Position numbers and translations under genes: made by a program. A stretch of 64,000 nucleotides of DNA from assembly GCA_965209035.1 (NCBI GenBank), contig OZ242372.1, positions 864,001 to 928,000 on the forward strand, read 5' to 3'. Under the pieces are notes generated by a model. The model was not told the DNA's origin and did no database searches. It was given only the letters and a program-made list of their open reading frames with translations. How positions within the stretch are numbered: the first letter of the stretch is position 1; each line of letters begins with the position of its first letter. Shown piece by piece: positions 49,535 through 58,948 of the stretch. This DNA comes from Gammaproteobacteria bacterium. Its GTDB lineage: Bacteria; Pseudomonadota; Gammaproteobacteria; CBDBNL01; JAAOII01.

Positions 49535-50826
49535 TAATCTTCAGCCTCCAAACGCAGAAATTTTTCTTTGTATCTAAAATTGGTGCGGGTGTCCGTGGTT
49601 GCCAATCCCTGTTGGACAAGTTTGGCATTGATGAAGGTCTTGTTTTTCAAAAATAAATAGCAGGGCGGCTCTTGGACAGGGTCTGTTGTGGCGGGCTCAA
49701 ACTTGAGAAATACCTTTTGCCCTTTGGTTTTTGCCGTGAGAAATCGCATCGCAAGATGCCGCTGGGGCTGCTTTTCCGTAACGCCGAGAAGTTTGATAAT
49801 GCGTCCGTCGCTTAAACGCACGGATGTCGGACTCAACACCTCTTTGACGGAAAAACATTCGGGGCTGTTGCCCGAGTTTTCCGGTGCTCTGTTACTAATC
49901 CGGGAACCAAAAGTGGCGTTGGCGCGGCTCTCTTTTGGCTTTAATTGATGCGGGTCTTTAAACCTGTATGGAAGAGTTGCCAAGAGTGCCTTGTTGTCCG
50001 GCACAGTGTCGTCAAGAATCAAACTGTCGCCGGGAGACCCCAACCTTTCCAAAATCATTGGAACAAATGCGGGGTTCACTTCATAGGCAACGGAGTTTCT
50101 TTTAAGTTGCTGTGCCACCCCGGAAGTGGTGCCGCTGCCGGCGAAGGGATCCAGAACATAATCGCCAACGAAACTAAACATTTTGATTAATCGCAGGGGT
50201 AGTTCGGCGGGGAACATCGCCAAATGTTTGCCTTGCCGAACTCCCGGGAAGTTCCAATGACCGCAGAAATACCGATTCCATTCTTCGTTTGTGAGAGCGG
50301 AATCTTTTTTGGCAGTTGGTTCCGGCGCGGGTGCGCGCCCTTGTTTCTTAAAAATTAAAATGAACTCGTAGTCCAGTTTCAAAATGCCGTTGCGGGGATA
50401 CGGGAAACTGCCCATCACACTGCCGCCGCCCGTCGTATTCATCGTGGCGGTCTTTTGCCAGATGACCGCCCCCATGTAGTCAAACCCCAGAATCTCGCAA
50501 AACTTGATGATCTCGGTGCGGATGGGTATCACCTTGTAGCGACCATAATGAATTGCCCGGGCATATTGGTCGCCAATGTTAATGCATAAACGGCATCCGG
50601 GAAATAAGACGCGATCACATTCACGCCAAACCATATTGAGGTGATTAATGTAGTCTTCGTAACTATCGTGATAACCAATTTGGCGGGGGTCGCCGTAATC
50701 TTTGAGTTGCCAGTAGGGCGGCGAAGTAACGATCAAATGAATACTCTCGTCGGCTATCTTTGCCATCTTGCGGCTGTCGCCGAGAATGACCCGATGGGGT
50801 GGTGTGTTCGTTTGTGGTGTGTTCAT
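49534..50826 (-). CDS. N4-cytosine-type DNA methyltransferase with C-terminal SNase-like domain
   Basis: VTSPPY, HLAMFP and LDPFAGSGTT; C-terminal VKEVL...IKLLGV...FINAKLVQQGLA. Confidence 0.85.
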   Translation of the reverse strand: MNTPQTNTPPHRVILGDSRKMAKIADESIHLIVTSPPYWQLKDYGDPRQIGYHDSYEDYINHLNMVWRECDRVLFPGCRLCINIGDQYARAIHYGRYKVIPIRTEIIKFCEILGFDYMGAVIWQKTATMNTTGGGSVMGSFPYPRNGILKLDYEFILIFKKQGRAPAPEPTAKKDSALTNEEWNRYFCGHWNFPGVRQGKHLAMFPAELPLRLIKMFSFVGDYVLDPFAGSGTTSGVAQQLKRNSVAYEVNPAFVPMILERLGSPGDSLILDDTVPDNKALLATLPYRFKDPHQLKPKESRANATFGSRISNRAPENSGNSPECFSVKEVLSPTSVRLSDGRIIKLLGVTEKQPQRHLAMRFLTAKTKGQKVFLKFEPATTDPVQEPPCYLFLKNKTFINAKLVQQGLATTDTRTNFRYKEKFLRLEAED

Positions 50827-51185
50827 TTGCCTCCTTACCTACATTTTAAGGCGGACTACCTCGCTTTTTTATAATATTTGATAATTTGATCTGCCATTTT
50901 GCGGCTGTCGCCGAGAATGACCCGGTGGGGTGGTGTGTTCGTTTGTGTTTTGTTCATCTGTGTTTTTTCATTTGACGCCTTGCCAATAGTTTAAGGCGGA
51001 CTACCCTGCTTTTTTATAATATTTGATAATCTCGTCCGTTATCTTGCGGCTGTCGCCGAGAATGACCCGATGGGGTGGTGTGTTCATCTGTATTTCTCCC
51101 ATTTATCGTCGTCATCTCCCCAACATATTGAGACGGGCTGCATTGCTTTTTTATAATATTTGATAATTTGCTTCGCCATCTCATT
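50740..51185 (-). repeat. Small array of pentapeptide-gene 3' end + MTase 5' end (period ~146 bp)
   Basis: gcggctgtcgccgagaatgaccc at ~50770, 50901 and 51046; gcttttttataatatttgataat at ~50863, 51008 and 51145. Confidence 0.88.
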
Positions 51186-52943
51186 TGTGAGAACACCCGT
51201 CGTTGCGCCGGAATTCGGGGGAAGTTGAACACTTTTTTTCTTACCCAAGTGTGGTCTGATGCATTCCATTATCTCATTTATTTTCACAGATTCCACGCCA
51301 CTTTTGATTAGGTTCTGTGCTATCCCGGTGAACTCATTCGCCAAAACCCCGCCGCTAAAAACAGTCGTTGTCAATTCAGTGTCTTTTCCTCGCCTTTTAT
51401 TCATACGATCTTCAAATGCCCAGATTTTTTCGACTTGATCCGGTTTAGGAGGAGAAAATGCTCCCTGCAAACCGGCACCCCCCAAATATGCACCTTGTAA
51501 GCCAGTACTTGTTAAATCCGCACCTTGCAAACTAGCACCTCTTAAATCCGCTCCTTGTAAACCGACGCCTTCTAAATCCGCTCCTTGCAAACCAGATCTT
51601 ATTAAAGTCGCCCTTTGCAAATAGGCACCCTTTAAATTTGCCCCTTGCAAGTTGGCACCTGTTAAATCTGCATCTTGCAAACCGGCACCTCTTAAATCCG
51701 CACCTTGCAAACCGGCACCTCTTAAATCCGCACCTTGCAAACTGGCACCTCTTAAATCCGCACCTTGTAAATAGGGACTGCTTAAGGCTTCTCCCTGCAA
51801 ATAGGCATTCCTTAAATGTGCTCTTTGTAAACTGGCAGTTATTAAAATTGCCCCTTGCAAACGGACACCTATTAAATACGCTCGTTGCAAATCGGCATCC
51901 CAAAAATTCACACCTCGCAAATCGGACCGCACTAGCACTGCTCCTTGCAATTTGGCACCCATTAAATCCGCCTTTTGCAAATCGACGCCTCTCAAAGATG
52001 CTCCTTGCAAATCGGCACCTCTCAAATATGCTCCTTGTAACTTGGTTTCTTTCAAAATCACTTGGCTCAAATTTGCTCGGTATAAATTGGCACGACCCAA
52101 GTCTGCTTTATGTAATTTTGCCTCGGATAAATTAATGTTCATCAAATCCGCTCCGCACAAATAGGAGTCGGACAAATCGAAAACAGGTGCGGTAGAGTCC
52201 GCATTCTGTGGTTTCGTATTAACCTTGCCCCCAAAATTCAAGGCGGCAAAGTTCAAATTTTGATGCTTCCTCTTAATCTTGCCAAGAGCATTCAAAGCAG
52301 TAAAGTCCAAATTTTGTGACTTCGTATTAATCTTGCCAAGAACATCCAATAAAGATTGAATTTCGTTAGAAGGTTTGTCTTTATATGCCGTTTGGTATGC
52401 CGTCTGTCGGGTTGCCTCTCTCAAATGGGCACAAAGAATGTTGACGATGTTAGGCAACCGCTTCGATTCCAAGTTTATCAAGTTATAGAGACCGTAGATC
52501 CCGCCCAAGCGGACAGAATCAGAATTGTCACTTCCCAGATGATTGATCGCGTCGGTAAAAACTTTATCTCGGTTGGCTTGGAAGATAGCTTGGTTAGCTT
52601 CAAAAAGAGCCTGCGCCCTTAAGTAGGCGACAATCAAACCAAATGCACCTATCAGACCGAACAGAGTTAATCCAAGCATCCGAATGGTTAGGGTTTTGCT
52701 ACTCAGGTCGCCTCCGGCTACTTCTGTTCCAAACTTCATATCCAAGTCATTTCCCCAAAGATCAAACATTCTTAGCCCCAAAATGACCAGTACACAACAG
52801 ATCGATATCCCTACAACAACCGAGAAAGTCTTGGCATTACATATATTTTCTATCCTCCACCAAATGAGGCGCAGTTGATTTTTTATCCTCATAAAAAATG
52901 ATTTCGGGATGGATAGCCGACCTGCCGGCTTGTTTGCGTTCAT
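51084..52943 (-). CDS. Membrane-anchored pentapeptide-repeat protein (copy B)
   Basis: Two TM segments, AINHLGS...VRLGGIYGL motif and a long A(D/N)LxG repeat run. Confidence 0.9.
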   Translation of the reverse strand: MNANKPAGRLSIPKSFFMRIKNQLRLIWWRIENICNAKTFSVVVGISICCVLVILGLRMFDLWGNDLDMKFGTEVAGGDLSSKTLTIRMLGLTLFGLIGAFGLIVAYLRAQALFEANQAIFQANRDKVFTDAINHLGSDNSDSVRLGGIYGLYNLINLESKRLPNIVNILCAHLREATRQTAYQTAYKDKPSNEIQSLLDVLGKINTKSQNLDFTALNALGKIKRKHQNLNFAALNFGGKVNTKPQNADSTAPVFDLSDSYLCGADLMNINLSEAKLHKADLGRANLYRANLSQVILKETKLQGAYLRGADLQGASLRGVDLQKADLMGAKLQGAVLVRSDLRGVNFWDADLQRAYLIGVRLQGAILITASLQRAHLRNAYLQGEALSSPYLQGADLRGASLQGADLRGAGLQGADLRGAGLQDADLTGANLQGANLKGAYLQRATLIRSGLQGADLEGVGLQGADLRGASLQGADLTSTGLQGAYLGGAGLQGAFSPPKPDQVEKIWAFEDRMNKRRGKDTELTTTVFSGGVLANEFTGIAQNLIKSGVESVKINEIMECIRPHLGKKKSVQLPPNSGATTGVLTNEMAKQIIKYYKKAMQPVSICWGDDDDKWEKYR

Positions 52944-52991
52944 AAATTACTTTTTGTACTTGTTGTATTTCGTATTAATGCATTGATGCTA

Positions 52992-53183
52992 TTAGTCTTC
53001 GTAACTATCGTGATAACCAATTTGGCGGGGGTCGCCGTAATCTTTGAGTTGCCAGTAGAGCAGCGAAGTAACAATCAAATGAATACTGCTGTCGGCTATC
53101 TTTGCCATCTTGCGGCTGTCGCCGAGAATGACCCGATGGTGTGTTGAGTTCATTTGTGTTTTGTTCATTCGACGACTTGCCAA
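52992..53183 (-). pseudogene. Duplicate 5' fragment of the MTase at 49534-50826
   Basis: HRVILGDSRKMAKIAD.SIHLIVTSLLYWQLKDYGDPRQIGYHDSYED*; SPPY has mutated to SLLY. Confidence 0.9.
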
Positions 53184-53197
53184 TATTTTAAGGCGGA

Positions 53198-55207
53198 CTA
53201 CCTTGCTTTTTTATAATCTTTGATAATCTTATCCGCCATCTCATCCGTGAGAATACCCGTCGTTGCACCGGAATTTGCTGGAAGTTGAAAACTTGCTTCC
53301 CCGCCCAAGTGTGGTTTGATGCGTGCCATTATCTCATTTATTCTCACAGATGTCCTACTACTTTTTGTTAGATTCCGTTCTATCCTATTGAATTCATCCG
53401 CCGAAATCCCGCCGCTAAAAACAGTCGTTATCAATTCAGTGTCTTTTCCTCGCCTTTTATTAATACGCTCTTCAAAGGATTCGGCTTTTCCGGATTGATC
53501 CAGTTTAGGAAAAGAAAAGGCTCCTTGCAAGTAAGCCCCCCCTAAATCTGCTCCTTGCAACCGGGCACTTCTTAAATCCGCTCCTTGCAAATAGGCTCCT
53601 CCTAAATCTGCTCCTTGCAAACCGGCACTTCTTAAATTCGCTCCTTGCAAATCGGCACTTCCTAAATATGCACCTTGTAAACCGGCATCAGTTAAATCTG
53701 CCCATTGCAAACGAGTGCCTGTTAAATTCGCACCCTGTAAACGGGCACCTCTTAAATCCGCACACTGCAAATCGGTGCCCCTTAAATCCGCTTCTTGCAA
53801 ATCGGCGCCGATTAAATCGGCACCTTGCAAATCGGCACCTTGCAAATCGGCACCTCTTAAATCCCCACCTTGCAAACTGGCACTTTCTAAATACGCCTCT
53901 TGCAAACCGGCACCTCTTAAATCCACCCCTTGCAATTCGGCATTTGTTAAATTCACTCTCTGCAAACCGGCACCACCTAAATACGCCTTTTGCAAATCGG
54001 CACCTTTTAAATTTGCTCCTTGCAAATCGGCACCTGTTAAATTCGCCCATAGCAATCTAGCATTTATTAAAATCGCACCCTGCAAACTGGCACCGCTTAA
54101 ATCCGCTCCTCGTAATTCGGTATTTGTTAAATCTGCTCCTTGCAAACTGGTACCACTTAAATACGCATCTTGCAAATTGGCACCTCTTAAACACGCCTCT
54201 TGCAAATCGGCACCGCTTAAACACGCCTCTTGCAAATCGGCACTTATCAAATACGCCTTTTGCAATTCAGCACCACTGAAATCCGCTCCTTGCAATTCAG
54301 CACCATTGAAATCCGCTCCTTGTAATTCGGACTGCATTAATTCCGATCCTCGCAACTTAGCTTCTTCCAAGCTTGCTTTTCTCAGATTCGCCTGGTATAA
54401 ATCGGTACACTCCAAGCTTGCTCGGTGTAATCTTGCCCCGGATAAATTAATATTTTTCAGATCCGCCCCGCGCAGATTAGCTTCTTCCAAACTCGCTTTG
54501 CTTAGATTCGCTTGATATAAATTGGCACACCCTAATTCTGCCCGATGTAACCTTGCCCCGGATAAATTAATGTTTGTTAGATCCGCTCCGCACAGATAGG
54601 AGTCGGACAAATCTAAAAGAGGTGAGGCAAGGTCCAAATTTTGTAACTTCGTATTAATTTTGCCAAGAACATCCAACAAAGATTGGATTTCGTAGGAAGG
54701 CTTATCTTCATATTGTCTCGGGTATTTCGGGTCTTGAGTAATTTCTCTCAAATGGGTACAAAGAATTCTGACAATGTTAGGCGAACGATCTGGTCCCAGA
54801 CCTATCAGGTTATAGAGACCGTAGATCCCACGCAAACGAACAGAAGCGGAATCGTTATTTCCCAAATGATCGATAGCTTCGGCAAAAAACATCTTCTAGG
54901 TTGTGATGATCCTCAAAAATTACCGACTAGTTCTTCTGTCCCAAAGATCAAATATTCTTAGGATCAATATCCCTGTGCCAACCAAGAAAGTCTTGGCATT
55001 AAATCTATTTTTTATTCTCCGCCAAGCGAGTCGCAGTTGATTTTTTATTATCCGCCCGACTCTGTCTGAATAGATCCGAGTCAGATTCCGAAGACGCTCG
55101 CCTTTTGCCTTCCGCCAGGTGAGTCGCAGTTGATTCTTTATCCTCATTAAAAACGATAAAAACGATTTCGGGGCGGACAGCCAGCCTGCCGGCTTGTTTG
55201 CGTTCAT
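53198..55207 (-). pseudogene. Pentapeptide-repeat gene copy A, split into 54920-55207 and 53198-54892
   Basis: N-terminus MNANKPAG matches copy B; stop at 54920, TM region largely missing, frame change near a T6 tract at ~54885; the 564-aa C-terminal ORF is intact. Confidence 0.75.
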
Positions 55208-55500
55208 AAACTACTTTTTGTACTTGTTGTATTCCGTATTAATGCATTAATGTTATCTGTGCCTGCAAGGATTGTCTTTTAAATAATGATTGCCCGTTGA
55301 GTGGATTGGCTTTTTCTTATTTTACCGACAAGGGCGACCAGGACCGACTATTGATGGAAAACTCTTTTCTGTTCTTTTCTATTGAAGACCATTCAAATCT
55401 ATGCAAAATCTTGCGGCACCTTTAAATAAATAAATAAAACCTTTCAAAATCGCCCCAAACATCTCCTCAAACATCCCCCCAAAATAGTATAATAACCATT

Positions 55501-55944
55501 ATGAAAAATACTATACTATCATTAATCTCTTTGTGTCTTTTGGCTTCCACTTCCGCCATGGCTTCCGATTACTATACCGGACGCGGCGATGCGGTCATCA
55601 AAGGATACGATGTTGTGGCATACTTCAAGGAGAACAAGGCCGTCAAAGGATCGCCGGACTTTTCTTATGAGTATGACGGCGCTGTCTGGAGATTTGCTTC
55701 GGCCGAAAACTTGAATGATTTCAAGGCGGCACCGGAGCAATATATCCCGCAGTATAACGGCTATTGCGCTTATGCAATGTCCGCTTTTGGCGATAAAGTT
55801 CGGATCAATCCCAAACAGTTTGTTGTCACAGACGGGAAATTGTATTTGAACTTTAATCCCGGTACCAGTAAAAAGTTCAGCAAGGACATAGATAATCATA
55901 TCTCTCAAGCGGACAAAAACTGGGAAAAGTTCTCAACACATTAA
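55501..55944 (+). CDS. Secreted YHS-domain protein (copy 1)
   Basis: Signal peptide, GYDVVAYF, WRFASAEN...F...P..Y.PQYNGYCAYAM and KLYLN. Confidence 0.9.
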   Translation: MKNTILSLISLCLLASTSAMASDYYTGRGDAVIKGYDVVAYFKENKAVKGSPDFSYEYDGAVWRFASAENLNDFKAAPEQYIPQYNGYCAYAMSAFGDKVRINPKQFVVTDGKLYLNFNPGTSKKFSKDIDNHISQADKNWEKFSTH

Positions 55945-56115
55945 TTAATAAATAAGAAGAAACATAACGACACAGGGTCGTTCATCGTTAAAATCGGGGC
56001 GGGGAAGATTCCCCGGTTCCTCGGAAAAAAGATGATTTCGGCGGGTTGTTTGTAAGTTAGATGCAACCCGCCGACGAAATGGCCAGAGTGTTGTTCGTTG
56101 TATAATCAAGACATT

Positions 56116-56580
56116 ATGAACAAAATAAAACAAATATCAATATTCGCCTTATTCCTGTTTGCACCCGCAGTTACTTTCGCCGGTGATTATTACACGGGCA
56201 GTAGCAAGGCGACAATCAGGGGAGATGCGGCAATCAAAGGATACGATGTTGTGGCATACTTCAAGGAAAACAAGGCTGTCAAAGGCTCGGCGGACTTTTC
56301 TTATGAGCATGACGGCGCTGTCTGGAGATTTGCTTCGGCTGAAAATCTGAACGATTTTAAAGCCTCGCCGGCAAGATATGCTCCCAAGTATGGCGGCTAT
56401 TGTGCTTATGCGATGTCTTCTTACGGTAAAAAAGTAAAAGTTGATCCCACTCAATTTACGGTCAAGGACGACAAACTTTACCTTAACTTTAACGCACGCT
56501 TTAGCACAAAATTTAAAAACGATATAGACAAACATATCACCCAAGCGGACGAAAACTGGGAAAAATTCCCGAAGCATTAA
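56116..56580 (+). CDS. Secreted YHS-domain protein (copy 2)
   Basis: Same motifs as copy 1. Confidence 0.9.
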   Translation: MNKIKQISIFALFLFAPAVTFAGDYYTGSSKATIRGDAAIKGYDVVAYFKENKAVKGSADFSYEHDGAVWRFASAENLNDFKASPARYAPKYGGYCAYAMSSYGKKVKVDPTQFTVKDDKLYLNFNARFSTKFKNDIDKHITQADENWEKFPKH

Positions 56581-56910
56581 TTAACATTAAGCAACACAGC
56601 GATATAGACTCGTTGAGGTTGGCTTATTTAAAGGAAGCATTCCCTAAAAAGTGATTTCGGCGGGTTGGTTGTAAGTCAGGGCAACCCGTCGACAGGCGGC
56701 GGCGAATACATGCTTGCCGGATGGAATGTATCTATGTATGGCAATGGGTGATGGCTCGGAGGTATCGGCAAGATGCTTTCTGCCTGCCTGTCTGCTTGCC
56801 TAGTCGCTTGCCCGCCGCTAACACAAAGAAGGACGCAACGGGTGAACGGATAAGGCGACACAAAAATTGTTGTGAAACAGCCAAAGCGTCCATCGTATAA
56901 TTAAGGTATT

Positions 56911-57357
56911 ATGAATAAAATAAAACAAATATCAATATTGGTCTTATTCCTGTTTGCACCCGCGGTTGCGTTTGCCGGTGATTACTACACGGGCAGCGGT
57001 GATGCGGCAATCAGAGGATACGATGTTGTGGCATACTTCAAGGAAAACAAGCCTGTCAAAGGCTCGTCTGACTTTTCTTATAAGTATGACGATGCTGTCT
57101 GGAGGTTTGCTTCGGCTGAAAATTTGAATGACTTCAAAGCATCGCCGGAAAAATATGTTCCGCAGTATGGCGGTTATTGCTCTTATGCGATGTCCACTTA
57201 CGGTAGCAAGGTAAAAGTTGATCCTTATCAGTTTACGGTCAAGGACGACAAACTTTACCTTAACTATAATGCGCGCGTTAGCACAAAATTTAAGAAGGAT
57301 ATAGACAAACATATTACCCAAGCGGATAAAAATTGGAAAAAAGCATCGGCAGAATAA
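56911..57357 (+). CDS. Secreted YHS-domain protein (copy 3)
   Basis: Same motifs as copy 1. Confidence 0.9.
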   Translation: MNKIKQISILVLFLFAPAVAFAGDYYTGSGDAAIRGYDVVAYFKENKPVKGSSDFSYKYDDAVWRFASAENLNDFKASPEKYVPQYGGYCSYAMSTYGSKVKVDPYQFTVKDDKLYLNYNARVSTKFKKDIDKHITQADKNWKKASAE

Positions 57358-57558
57358 TTCGCTATTCGAGCGTGAGTTGTGCCGGCAAACATTCCATGCC
57401 GCAAGGTGACTTATGTTTTTCAAAGCACCGCGAATGTTTTCCGGCGACATTAAATAAAAATAAAAAAACCTGGTGCTGTGCCGGTTTTATCGTTAATACT
57501 TCCATTAAAATATGGAAACCAGTTTGACTTATATGAAATTTAACAAGAAGAGAATATT

Positions 57559-58677
57559 ATGTTAATAGGAGTTACCCGAGAAATCAAAAATCAAGAATAC
57601 CGGGTGGGGATGATCCCCGCCACGGTCAAGGAACTGACAAATAATAATCACCGGGTTCTGGTAGAACAGGACGCGGGTGTCGGTGCCGGTTATGACAATG
57701 ACGACTATATTAAAGCCGGCGCCACTGTCGCCGATACTGCCGACGAAATTTTTGCCGAGGCGGATATGATCGTCAAGGTTAAGGAGCCTCAGGCACAAGA
57801 ACGCAAGAAACTGCGCGAAGGACAGATTCTGTTCACCTACTTGCATCTGGCACCCGACGGGGAACAAACCCGGGAACTGATGGAAAGCAAGGCGGTGTGC
57901 ATCGCCTACGAAACGATCACCTCACCGCACGGCGGCCTGCCGTTGCTTGCCCCTATGTCGGAAGTTGCGGGCAGGCTTGCCGTCCAAGCGGGGAGTCATT
58001 GCTTGGAACGGGCTGCCGGCGGCAGAGGTGTCCTCCTTGGCGGCGTGTCCGGCACCGGACACGGCAAGGTCGTCATTCTGGGCGCGGGAATTGTCGGTAT
58101 GAACTCCGCCGTGATTGCTTTGGGAATGGGGGCGCATGTGGTGCTGCTGGATAATAATGTGGATGCCTTGCGCCGTGCCGAAGTTCGGTTTGGCAATAGC
58201 ATAGAAACTGTGTTTTCCAATAGCTCCAATTTGGAACGCCATCTTGCGGATGCCGATCTGGTTATTGGCGGAGTACTCATCCCCGGTGCCCTGGCGCCAA
58301 AACTGATCACCGCCAAAATGATCAAAGGGATGCAGAGAGGCGCGGTTGTTGTGGATGTTGCCATAGACCAGGGAGGATGTCTGGAAACATCACATCCAAC
58401 CACGCATTCGGACCCGTCTTTTGTGGTGGACGAAGTCATTCACTATTGTGTGGCAAACATGCCCAGCATGGTCGCCCGCACCGCCGCGATCGCGCTCAAC
58501 AATACGACTCTGCCCTATATTGTGAAATTGGCAAATGTCGGCTACAAGAAAGCACTGGCTGCAGATCCGCACTTCGCCGAAGGCCTCAATGTGCATCACG
58601 GGAAAATTACCTGTCAGGCGGTGGCGGATGCCCAAGAACTCTCGTATACCGACAAGCGGGAAATCCTAACGCACTAA
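57559..58677 (+). CDS. ald: Alanine dehydrogenase
   Basis: EIKNQEYRVG, KVKEP, LFTYLHLA, PMSEVAGR, VAIDQGG and HYCVANMP. Confidence 0.96.
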   Translation: MLIGVTREIKNQEYRVGMIPATVKELTNNNHRVLVEQDAGVGAGYDNDDYIKAGATVADTADEIFAEADMIVKVKEPQAQERKKLREGQILFTYLHLAPDGEQTRELMESKAVCIAYETITSPHGGLPLLAPMSEVAGRLAVQAGSHCLERAAGGRGVLLGGVSGTGHGKVVILGAGIVGMNSAVIALGMGAHVVLLDNNVDALRRAEVRFGNSIETVFSNSSNLERHLADADLVIGGVLIPGALAPKLITAKMIKGMQRGAVVVDVAIDQGGCLETSHPTTHSDPSFVVDEVIHYCVANMPSMVARTAAIALNNTTLPYIVKLANVGYKKALAADPHFAEGLNVHHGKITCQAVADAQELSYTDKREILTH

Positions 58678-58948
58678 CACGCCTTAGCGCCTTAAGAAGA
58701 ATAAGAAGCGGAAATCCGGCGGCGTTCACGCCCGCTGATGCCTTGCATTGGTGAACTGATGAACCGGGAGTTGAAAATTATCTCAAACCTCTCGGTTCCC
58801 GGTTGATCGGCAAAGAAAAAGATACCCTCTTTCTTTGCCTAAGTTAAGTATTGTTCTTGTCTTACTTGGAAGGATCTTGTTAATTTGGGGATTTGGGTGT
58901 GACCTTAATGTGCAGTCGGCGCGAAAAAATGAGTTAGCCTGCCGGGAC

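Noticed and set aside
55501-57357. Integron cassette array
   Set aside because: No attC-like RYYYAAC...GTTRRRY palindromes were recognised and there is no integrase; simple tandem paralogy explains the locus
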